Assembly (NCBI GenBank): GCA_020184695.1
Contig: JAANOX010000271.1
Span: 124,001 to 188,000, forward strand
Direction: 5' to 3'
DNA from: Histomonas meleagridis 2922-C6/04-290x
Taxonomy: Eukaryota; Protista; Parabasalia
DNA: 64,000 nucleotides
Part shown: positions 46,348 to 57,537 of the stretch, piece after piece
Layout of the letters: each line of letters begins with the position of its first letter
Numbering within the stretch: the first letter of the stretch is position 1
Translations under genes and position numbers: made by a program
Notes under the pieces: generated by a model
The model's input: only the letters and a program-made list of their open reading frames with translations
Databases searched by the model: none
Told to the model about the DNA's origin: nothing

Positions 46348-47844
46348 CTACTGTTTACGAATTTCGTTATTTTTATTATGAGATTCCAACAAAATAAATA
46401 TTTCCAAGTGATTATTAAAAGATGCTTTCATTTGTGCAGTCCAAAATATTATTAAGAATTTCCAAATATTTCTTTCAAATATCAAAAAGCATAAATAAAA
46501 TTTAAACAAAAAATACAAATATTTTTGATTAAGAAGTAATTTCACTATTTCTACATAACCATTTTTAGATGCATATATAAGTGATGTTTCAAACAACATA
46601 TTAAAGTTCCAAAAATTATTTTTATATATTAAATCAATAGAATAAATTTCAAATCAAACGAATATACATCTTTAGCATTAATGTCAATTCCTTCTTGTTC
46701 TAAAATAAATTGAACAAGTTCAATATTTCTTGACTTTGTTGTATAAATCAGAATATCTTTTGGAAGTTGTTTTTCTTTTAGAAAGTATTTAATAAGTAAT
46801 ATATTTCCTATTCTTGCAGCTTCGTTTAATATCATCATTTATTTTCATTCCATTTTCTTGTAAAAATGAAAAAATGTCATAATTATGATATAAAATACAA
46901 CTCTTCCCTAATTCATCTATATTATTAATTTCTACAATTTTATTTTCATAAACATATTTAAATATATCATTTTGATGAAACATTATTGCAGTTTCATATG
47001 CATTTTCAAATGTTGAATGATTTTGTTCGCATAAATGAATAATTTCTAAATTTCCACATGCAATTGCATATTTACCTGTGTTTTCTACATTTGCACCATT
47101 CATAAGTAAATATTTAAAACATTTGATTGATCCAAAAAATGCTGCATAATCAATTAATGTAACATTTGCTGTATTAATAAATGAACATTTTTCATAAAGT
47201 GATGGTTTTATTGTTTGATTATAATCAAAATTATTTTGTGATGATATATCTTGAAGTTTTTCTATTTCATCTCTTCGAATTATTTTTTCAATTACATTTG
47301 GATTATGTCCTTCTTCAATGTATTGTTTATGAAGTTCCCAATCATTCTTTGAAAGTTCTTTATAATTATTTAAAAAATTCTCCTCTATTTTGTCATGATA
47401 GAATTCTTTTTTATTCTCTGATTCTTTTTTGTAATGAGCAAAAAACTTTGAATGTAACTCTGAAGTAATATTTATATCAACTAAATTTCTTTTGATCATT
47501 TTTTCCATTATAAAATATGCTTCTTTTGTCTGATTATCAAGAAGAAGTTGTGTAAATACATTTAAAATTTTTGTTTTAATTTTATTATTTTCTTCAATTT
47601 TTTGAATTTCTTCAATAAAGTTCAAAAATATATTGGAATCATTTGTTCTTATAAAATTTGATATATATATCATTTGACTAATAATTAAATTAAAAGATAA
47701 TGGATAATTTTCACAAGATCTTTCATTTAGGAAAATTAAGGCTTGAGTCAGATTTTCTTTGTGTACATTAAAAACTAGATGCTTAAGTAACAGAAGTGTT
47801 TCCCATTCTTTCTGATTTTGATTTGAATATTCATATTTGTTCAT
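46348..47844 (-). pseudogene. Ankyrin-repeat gene, DUF3447-type (locus D), spacer-interrupted and damaged
   Basis: Frameshift near 46835. Two four-spacer blocks; the second follows a deletion of the GIDINAK segment. Confidence 0.8.
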
Positions 47845-48236
47845 TAAATTTTGAATACGGTTTATTCGTTAACAGAAAGAGAGAAGTTAATGCCATTAAA
47901 GAATTTATTGACAATATGCTAAATGATTGTATATCACAAACTACTCTTGGTCTGAATAAAAAAATGTTTAAATACATTAAAACAAGGAAATATTCATAAA
48001 AAAAATTGCGTAATACAACAACATTTTAATTAAAAAGATTAAAGTACCATATAATGCATTAAATGAAACTAAAGATTCATCCACTCATTGTAATGTTACA
48101 TATGTAATTATAATTACTTAATGAAAAAATATTCAAAGAAAATGAAAGACCAAAGTTATTGGAAGACAATTATGTTTTCTTTACTTATTATATTTTAAAC
48201 AAGAATTTTGTGAGATTTACTTAGTTAGAGAGTCAT

Positions 48237-51200
48237 TTAATCCAAATCGTTAAATAAAACAAAATAATATTCTTTTTAACAACATCAATTCCTTCTTGCT
48301 TAAGAAGTAGTTTAACTATATCTTCATTACCTTCATCAATAGCTATCATCAATGCTGACCAAAATGTGTTAAAGAATTTCCAAATATTATTTTTAAACAC
48401 CAAATTATTAAAATAAATTTCAAATAAAACATATAAATATTTTTAGCATTAATATCAATTCTTTTTTGTGTAAGAAGTGACTGAACTATTTCAATATGAT
48501 TTCTTCCAACTGAAATAATAAGTGATGTATTGTAAGTTTTGAATAAATCCCAAGTATGATTGTGAAAAATTAATTGATTAAAATAAATATTAAATAAAAC
48601 AAATAAATATCTTTAGCATTAACATCAATTCCTTCTTGTTCAAGAAGTAATTTAACTATTTCTGTACGACCTTTCCAAGATGCATAAATAAGTGCTGAAT
48701 AAAATAATTTGAATAATTTCCAAATATTATTTTGAAATATAAAATTATTAAAATAAATTTTAAATAAAACAAATAAATATTTTTAGCATTAATATCAATT
48801 CCTTCTTGTTCAAGAAGTAATTTAACTATTTCAGTGTGACCTTTTTCAGATGCCCAAATAAGTGCTGTTTTGAATATTTGTAATAATTTCCAAACATTGT
48901 TTTAAAATATTAAATTATTAAAAATAATATCAAATAAAACATATGAATATCTTTAGCATTAATATCAATTCCTTTTTGATCAAGAAGTAATTTAACTATT
49001 TCTGAATAACCTTTTAAAGATGCCAAAATAAGTGCTGTATTAAATAATTTAAATAATTTCCAAATATTATTTTGAAATATAAAATTATTAAAATAAATTC
49101 TAAGCAAAACAAATAAATATTTTTAGCATTAATATCAATTCCTTCTTGTTCAAGAAGTAATTTAACTATTTCTGTACGACCTTTCCAAGATGCATAAATA
49201 AGTGCTGAATAAAATAATTTGAATAATTTCCAAATATTATTTTGAAATATAAAATTATTAAAATAAATTTTAAATAAAACAAATAAATATTTTTAGCATT
49301 AATATCAATTCCTTCTTGTTCAAGAAGTAATTTAAATATATCTATATGACCATTTGAAGATGCAAAAATAAGTGCTGTAAAAAATAGTTTAAATAATTTC
49401 CAAATATTATTTTGAAACATGAAATTATTAAAAATAATATCAAATAAAACATATAGATATCTTTATCATTAATTTCAATTCCTTTTTGATCAAGAAGTAA
49501 TTTAACTATTTCTGTATAACCTTCATCAGATGCATAAATAAGTGCTGTTCTAAATAGTTTAAATAATTTCCAAATATTATTTTTGAAATATAAAATTATC
49601 AAAATTAATATCATCTTTAGCATTAATATCAATTCCCTTTTGTTCAAGAAGCAATTTCACAATTTTTGTATAACCAAATTCTGAAGCAAGTACAAGTGCT
49701 GTGCTAAATATCTTAAATAATTTCCAAATATAAAATATGTATTTCAAATTAATGGAATCAATATCATTTTTAGTGTTAATATCATTTATTTTTTGTTCTA
49801 AAATATATTTTACAAGTTCAATGTTTCCTGACTCTGCTGAGTAAACTAAAATATCTTTTGGAAGTTGACAACTTTCATGAAAATGTTTAACGAGAAATAT
49901 ATTTCCATCAATTGCTGCTTCATTTATAATATCATCATTTATTTTCATACCTTCTTGAAGTAAAAAAGAAAAAATTTCATAATTATCACATATATAGGGG
50001 GGACGGAAATGTTTTATCCTAAATATGATCCTTTTATTTTTTTTTAATAAAAATTATATATATAAAAATACAAAAGACTGTAATAATAATGATATAATTT
50101 TTGAGACCAGAAATATCATATATATCAAGAAAATGTCAAAAATAAACTTTCATATTGTCATTCTTTTTAAACATTTTTCATTTTTATGGAAGTCGAACAA
50201 AGAGCAATCATATTTTTATTGAAAAGAAAAGGCTTCAAACTCAGCCAAATTAAACAAGAGTCAGATGATGTTTATCACCAAGATGCACTCGATATTAATA
50301 CCATAAAATATTGGGTGCATCAATTTAAATTAGGGAGATCTGAAATAACAAACATTCAAAGTCCAGGAAGACCAGTACTTGATTTCATTGATTCAAAAAT
50401 TTTGGCTGCACTCGAAATGGAACCATTTCATTCGACATATACATTAAGTGAAGCCTTATCTATACCACGATCCACCATAAATGATCACCTCAATAAATTA
50501 GGCTACCATTATTATAATTTAAGAGTGGTTCCATATGAACTGACATGTGAAATGAAAGAAGAAAGAGTGCGAAAAGCAACTGAGCTTCTTGATATCTTAA
50601 AAGTTGATAAGAGAAAAGGTTTCCATAAAATCATAACTGGGGATGAATCATGGTTTTTCTTATCATATGATCACAAGCATATGTGGTCACAATCATAAGA
50701 TAATTTACCTGAAATTATCGATACAAAAATTGACACTATAAAATATATGGTAACTATCTTTTGGAATATTGATCAATTCTTTATAGTTGATATTATGAAA
50801 GATGGTGAAGAATTTAACTCAAAGTATTGAATTGATAATATAATTAAACCCTTGAAGCAAATTGTATACCCACAAAGAAAAAAGCCCAATGAAAACCCAT
50901 ATGTTTTACATTTCGAAAATGCATCTCCCCATACCTCTAAAGCTCCAACTAAATTTTCGGTTGATAATGGTTTTAAATAAGCTCCACAGCCACCATATTC
51001 ACCAGATCTTGCTCCTTCAGATTACTTTTTATTTGGTTTTTTAAAAAATCAACTAGAAGGAGAAAAATTCGATGATTTTCAACAATTGCACGATAAAATA
51101 ACTGAAATTTTGTGTGAAATTTCAAAAGGATACTTTAGCAAAAAGTTTTTTTGAAGAATGGATTGAAAGATGTCAATGGGTGATAAAGAACAAAGGTAAC

Positions 51201-52253
51201 TACTATCATAAGTAAACCTAAAAAAAATAATTAAAATCTTTTATTTCGATTCTATTATATTTAGGATAAAACATTTCCGTCCCCCCTATAATACATACCT
51301 TTCCTAATTGTTCTAAGTTATTAATTTCTACAATTTTATTTTCATAAAGATATTTAAAGATATTATCTAAATGAAACATAGTTGCAGTTTCATATGCATT
51401 TTGAAATGTTGAATGATTTTGTTCGCATAAATGAATAATTTCTTTATTTTCACCTGCATTTGCATATTTACCTGTGTTTTCTACATTTGCACTATTCATA
51501 AGCAAAAATTTAAAACATTTAATTGATCCAAAAAATGCTGCATAATCAATTAATGTAACATTATATTGATTAATGAATGAACATCTTTCATAAACTGATG
51601 GATCGATTGTTTGATTAAAATCAAAATTTGTTTGTGATGATATTTCTTGAAGTTTTTCGATTTCATCATTTCGAATTATTTTCGCAATTTCATTCGGATT
51701 ATGTCCTTCTATAATTAATTTTTTGTGAATCGCAAAATTGTTCTTTGAAAGCTCTTCAGTATTGGCGAAGATACTGATAATATCTTCACGAAAACCATAT
51801 TTTTTTATATCTTCTTTTTTCATATAATGTACAAAATATGGATTTCTAATGTTTTGAACAATTTTAGGATTAAACAAATTATGTTCAATCATATTAATGA
51901 TTATATAATCTGCTTCTTGTGATTTTATAGTTAAAATATAATTAAGCAAAATTTTAAAGATTTTCGATGAACTTTCATTTATTTCCGCTTCTTTTGATTG
52001 AATCAATTTTAAATATTCTTCATAGATATCAAATTTATTTCTTTGAAAAAAAAATGTTGAATAAACTATATGACAAATGATTAAAGTTTAATAAACATGA
52101 TGAAGTTGTGTCAAATAATTGAGTTGTTTGTTGAACTGATGATTCAAGATTTTCTTGTTTTAAATGATAAATAATTTGCTGAATATAATTTAGTATTTTC
52201 AATATTTGTTTGATAGATGTAGGTTCGCTGCTCCCACTGATACATTCATTCAT
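48237..52253 (-). pseudogene. Ankyrin-repeat gene, DUF3447-type (locus E), nine spacer-interrupted blocks, split by a mariner
   Basis: ORFs 52035..52253 (T9-run frameshift), 51218..52006 and 49577..49948 join; the empty site reads GKVCIICDNYEIF. The spliced tail ends NDLD-stop at 48237. Confidence 0.85.
49995..51288 (+). mobile_element. Mariner element, family A copy 2 (full length, inactive)
   Basis: Same 32-bp TIRs as 6627..7770, with TA duplication at 49993-49994 and 51289-51290. The transposase starts at 50186, has premature stops, and shows DD34D spacing with the second Asp read as Glu (HFENA). Confidence 0.95.
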
Positions 52254-53178
52254 TTACAGTGAGCACAATAGCCTTATATAAAATTTGACAGAGTGAATAA
52301 TTGTGTTTTTAACGGTTTTAGGAATTGATACGGTTGTATGGAAATATCTAATTCAAAATTCAATGCACTTTATCTGTTAATTGTGTTGAAACAAACTTTT
52401 CGAGCAATTATCATTCAAAAATCTGTTCTTTGATGTCAAACGATATCATCTTCTTTCTTTCATTTTTTTGGCTGTTTTCATGATTGAAACGAGGTAATTT
52501 TCTGTCACTTTTCATAAAATCATTGTGTTGTTAACAAAGCTTTGTAAACATCTTCCGATCGCAAAAACAATAAAACGCATATTCGTTAAAGTTGAGCCAA
52601 CGAAACCACGAAAAGGCGAAGCGGTTGAAGCTCTCTGTATCGTTTTTGACTGATTTATTAACAAGTTCCCAAGTTTTCTCACAAATGTGTTTTTTCTTCA
52701 TGGCTTTCCCCATGTATTTCTTTTGCTTCTTACAAACCTCTCCACAAAATTCAGGTTCAAAGATTTTTCGTGATCAATTATCTATTTTCCAAACTCTCAA
52801 ACAATCGTTTTGCCTTACTTTAGAATCCAAAATGGATATCCACTTTATTTTCTCATGCCATAACAAAGAAAATGTATCCAACAAAGTCACAAACTTTGTT
52901 ATGCTAAAAGATAATGAATCGAATCCATTTAACAGCACAAGAAAACATCAGTTTCATTTCTCTTTATTAGGATTACCGATCTCATATGTTAAACATTATT
53001 TCAGATTCTTTTCTTTAGTATTTAATCATTTTTCATTAAATGCTCATATACCAATTTCACTAAATAATTGTTTCATGAAGAAAATGTTCAGATACAGTGA
53101 AACTGTTCAAGTTCTGATGTATAACTTTTTTATTTTGGGATTTTTTTTACTTTATGAAGTTAAAAATTTAATTAACAA

Positions 53179-56100
53179 ATTGAAAACGAACGAAAAGAAA
53201 AAAGATAAAAATGTTTTAATTTTTGTTATGTTTTTCATGAATTCTTTTCAATTATTTTATGATAATTCAACATTAACAATAATAAATTCAAATGATTTTA
53301 ATGAAATTAATCAATATAAAAACGATACAAAATTTATAATTATTGGTGAAGGAATTTATTCAATTCCAGGCAGTTCATTTTCAGGATGGTCATCAGTTGT
53401 TTCAGTTGATTTTGGGAAATCAGTATCAGATATTAGAGGTTATGCTTTTTCGTCATGCTTAAGTTTAGAAATAATTATTTTTGGAGAAAATGTCACAACA
53501 ATTGGTGGATCAGCATTTTCATTATGTTCATCAATCAAAAACATTACAATTCCAAATTCAGTCACAACAATTGGCGATTATGTATTTGGATTATGTTCTA
53601 ATTTAATAATATTAACACTTGGATATGGAATTAAAGAAATTGGAGATTCAGCATTTGGTAATTGTTACAATCTTCAATGCATTTATTATTATGGAGCAAC
53701 TGAACCAAGTATTGGAGAATCTGCATTTTATAATGTTACAGCAACAGTTATAACATATCCAACATATGTAGATGAAAAATTTGGGAGTTTAGAAGTTGTT
53801 CAAAGTGTAGAAGGAAATTGCAATCCAATTTCAACGATTTCATTTTCAGCATCACACGCATTCAGTCGAAGCGATACATATTCTGTTTCAAACACATTTT
53901 CTCTTTCTAATACATTTACTGGATCATTTCAAAACGATATAACATTTTCATATTCATATACATTAACATATACATTGACAATTGCGTATTCATTTTCTTA
54001 TTTTGAAACGCAAACAAAATCATTTTCATTATCCTTATTTAATTCAACATTTTCTTATTTAGAAACCGAATTTGTTTATTATGATTACACAGTTATTATG
54101 TATTCGACACATTTTAATTATTTTTCAAACTTCATTACAATGTTTCGCACAAACATTTCACAACCAAATGGACTTACAACGAATGCATTGATTGGAATTA
54201 TTTGCGGATCAATTGCATTTGTATTAATAATTGTTGGAATTGTTATATTCTTAATAAAAAGTAGTAATCAAAAAGAAAAATCGACTTCAAAATTACAATT
54301 TAAGAATTCGACGACATCAAGTACAAAACAAATGGAGGACGTAAATACTTTAGTTGAAGATATTGTTAAAGAAGATGAAGACAATTGGCTATGATTGAAT
54401 TGTAAAATAAAAATATATTTTTAATTGATATATTTTTATATATTTAAAAAGTATGAAATGATTCGCAATGAGAAATATTAATCGATTTTCAATTTGTTAT
54501 GATTAGCAATGAAAATATTATATATTATTGATAATATACAATGAACATCGTTTCGATGTAACATTCGAAAGAACAAATCGAAGAAAAAAATTTTAACTAA
54601 CAAAAAAGTTTATAATGATAAATTCTTACCTTTCTAAGTTATTGAATGATAATTGTTAAGTTACATTTCTGTAGAAAATCATTACACCAGAAATAAATCA
54701 TTTAAATTAAAACATTGGAATCTTGTAACATTATATATTAAAGTTAATTAAATCTACTTTATAAAATCAAACTATTTAGAATCATCATTGATATTGGATA
54801 TCCATTGAGATATATTTATATTTAAGGAAATGTTTAATTCAAAGAATTTATATCAAAATTACACAGATCTCTTAAAAATTATGAAATTGAATACTTTAAA
54901 AAACGTTTACCAACAACAAAGGTACATCATTTTAATCAACAGATTCAACTCTATCACATTCGTTCATTAAATTATTTAAAAGTGTCTTTAAACTCATTTA
55001 ATTCATTATCTTTTGTAGATGTATTTAAATATTGAAGCAAATAAATTTAGGTTAAATTGAAAAACTTCAATTCAACAACAAATTTTTTACATGTTAACCG
55101 TATGATTTTTAACTTTTGTATTGGCCGATGTGTATTTAGTTAAGGCCTTCAACTATATTAGATCTTGAAAGATGAAAACCCTGCAAATGCTGTTCATTTC
55201 GAACATAATAAAGCAATATATAACCGATACAAGACCAGGAATTCCATTTTTTACCACTATAAAAATATCAAATATGAAAACGAACCAAACCAAAGAAAGG
55301 CTAACGCACATACACAATGCAGAAGTTCCAAACACTGCAATTAAGGATGAAAATTTTGATATATTTAACAATAATTCTAATTTCTTTAAAACCAGTTTAT
55401 TTTCAAACTTCATGACTGGCAGTATGTGTACATCAATAATACGTCAATTCTTTTGTGACAAAATAAAATTCCCAGATTCATATTTTACAAATACACAAAA
55501 TAAACCTTTTGCAATCAGTATTCTTATTGAGAACAATCTACCAAAACAAACTTTGAATCGATATCATGGGAATATATCTTTGATCCAGCGTAAATTTCTT
55601 TTTTTTCCATTGATGCGAAACGATAAAACAGACCGACCATTTAAATTCAATGCTATTGTTCGTTTAACCGCCGTTTTTTCAATGATATCGGCAGTTTATG
55701 TCAATTTTTATCAGAAAAAATCTGTAACCGCACAGAAATTGTTTTTGACCAAATATGCATTGAAAACGAACGAAAAGAAAAAAGATAAAAATGTTTTAAT
55801 TTTTGTTGTGTTTTTCATGAATTCTTTTCAATTATTTTATGATAATTCAACACTAACAATAATAAGTTCAAATGATTTTAATGTAATTAATCAATATAAA
55901 AACGATACAAAATTTATAATTATTGGTGAAGGAATTTATTCAATTCCAGGCATTTCATTTTCAGGATGGTTATCAGTTGTTTCAGTTGATTTTGGGAAAT
56001 CAGTATCAGATATTGCAGGTTCTGTTTTTTCGTCATGCTTAAGTTTAGAAATAATTATTTTTGGAGAAAATGTCACAACAATTGGTGGATCAGCATTTTC

Positions 56101-56482
56101 ATTATGTTCATCAATCAAAAACATTACAATTCCAAATTCAGTCACAGCAATTGGCGATTATGTATTTGGATTATGTTCTAATTTAATAATATTAACACTT
56201 GGATATGGAATTAAAGAAATTGGAAATTCAGCATTTGGTAATTGTTACAATCTTCAATGCATTTATTATTATGGAGCAACTGAACCAAGTATTGGAGAAT
56301 CTGCATTTTATAATGTTACAGCAACAGTTATAACATATCCAACATATGTAGATGAAAAATTTGGGAGTTTAGAAGTTGTTCAAAGTGTAGAAGGAAATTG
56401 CAATCCAATTTCAACGATTTCATTTTCAGCATCACACGCATTCAGTCGAAGCGATACATATTCTGTTTCAAACACATTTTCT
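53179..56482 (+). repeat. About 720-bp direct duplication (53179-53902 vs 55759-56482)
   Basis: Near-identical from TTGAAAACGAACGAAAAG to AAACACATTTTCT, offset 2580. Confidence 0.92.
53228..54394 (+). CDS. BspA-like LRR surface protein with S/T stalk, TM and acidic tail
   Basis: TpLRR repeats, TM LIGIICGSIAFVLIIVGIVIFLI and tail ending EDEDNWL. The start is placed at an ATG inside the duplicated block. Confidence 0.88.
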   Translation: MFFMNSFQLFYDNSTLTIINSNDFNEINQYKNDTKFIIIGEGIYSIPGSSFSGWSSVVSVDFGKSVSDIRGYAFSSCLSLEIIIFGENVTTIGGSAFSLCSSIKNITIPNSVTTIGDYVFGLCSNLIILTLGYGIKEIGDSAFGNCYNLQCIYYYGATEPSIGESAFYNVTATVITYPTYVDEKFGSLEVVQSVEGNCNPISTISFSASHAFSRSDTYSVSNTFSLSNTFTGSFQNDITFSYSYTLTYTLTIAYSFSYFETQTKSFSLSLFNSTFSYLETEFVYYDYTVIMYSTHFNYFSNFITMFRTNISQPNGLTTNALIGIICGSIAFVLIIVGIVIFLIKSSNQKEKSTSKLQFKNSTTSSTKQMEDVNTLVEDIVKEDEDNWL

Positions 56483-57057
56483 AAATCAAATACATATTCA
56501 GCACCACATACGTTTATCCAAAGTAATACATTTTCAAAGTCATTTGCATTTACTGAATCACTTCAAAATGATTTAACGAAAACTTTTTCATATTTATTAA
56601 CTTTTACATTATCAATTACGCATTCGTTTACTTATTATGAAATACAAACAAAAAAACAATTTCGTTAATTACGATTAATTCGTCATATATTTATATCGAA
56701 ACGGAATTTATTTATTATGATTACACAGTTATTATTTATTCGACATATTACAATTACTATTCGAATTTCTTTACATTTATTTATAGAAATGAAATTCAGA
56801 CAAATGATAACAAAACAAAAATTATCGTAATAATCGTTTGCGTTATTGTTGTTGTGATTATTATAATTTCATTACTTATTATATTATTGATTCGAATTAA
56901 AAATAAAAAAGAAGAAATTGATGAAAATGAAATATCAGAACAACAAAGTGATAACCAAACTGCAAACACATTCACAACAGGAATATCTATATCAAACATT
57001 GAAGAGGATCCTTTTGCAGATGATTTTAAAGAAGAGAAATTCATTGAACAAATGTAA
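55817..57057 (+). CDS. BspA-like paralog with a frameshift in an A7 run near 56650-56656
   Basis: LRR region near-identical to the 53228 gene. The shifted frame continues through a TM to EEDPFADDFKEEKFIEQM-stop. Confidence 0.8.
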
Positions 57058-57111
57058 TTGAGATAAATATTTAATAAAATATCGTCTATTCTAAATGAAA
57101 TCATTTTTTTT

Positions 57112-57430
57112 TAAGTATAATATTTTTAAATTATTAAAAAATTCATTATGTTGTTTCATTTTGTTTAGGTAATTGGCGATTCTTGTAACATATTCTATAA
57201 ATTTGTTTTTGATATCACATATATTTACATAACGATGGTCAATTCATAGATCCACATAATTATGTATTCATGTCTTGAAGTATTAAATTTTATGGATATT
57301 ACTTTAAGTATAATATTTTTAAATTATTAAAAAAATTAATTATGTTGTTTCAGTTTGTTTAAGTAATTGTTGGCGATCCTTGTGATATCACACGTTTTAA
57401 AACGTTTATCATTCATAGCTCCACATAATA
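57112..57430 (+). repeat. Imperfect non-coding direct repeat, period about 190 nt
   Basis: TAAGTATAATATTTTTAAATTATTAAAAAA...GGCGAT and TTCATAG(A/C)TCCACATAAT each occur twice. Confidence 0.65.
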
Positions 57431-57537
57431 ACACCACGCATTTTTTATGTCAAAATTTTTCTTAGAAATTAATTATGTCAAAGTGAAATGAAACCGTTAA
57501 AAGCCGATGACACATCAAAGTTTGATGCACTAATTAA

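Noticed and set aside
52035-52060. Programmed frameshift at the T9 run of ankyrin gene E
   Set aside because: A single homopolymer indel is more simply a sequencing error or decay after mariner insertion.
52592-53227. About 210-aa N-terminal extension of the BspA ORF in the ORF track
   Set aside because: TTG start, F/S/L-rich non-coding-like composition, outside the duplicated block and absent from the paralog.
55172-55816. N-terminal extension of the second BspA ORF
   Set aside because: Unrelated to the first copy's extension; most likely chance read-through of intergenic DNA.
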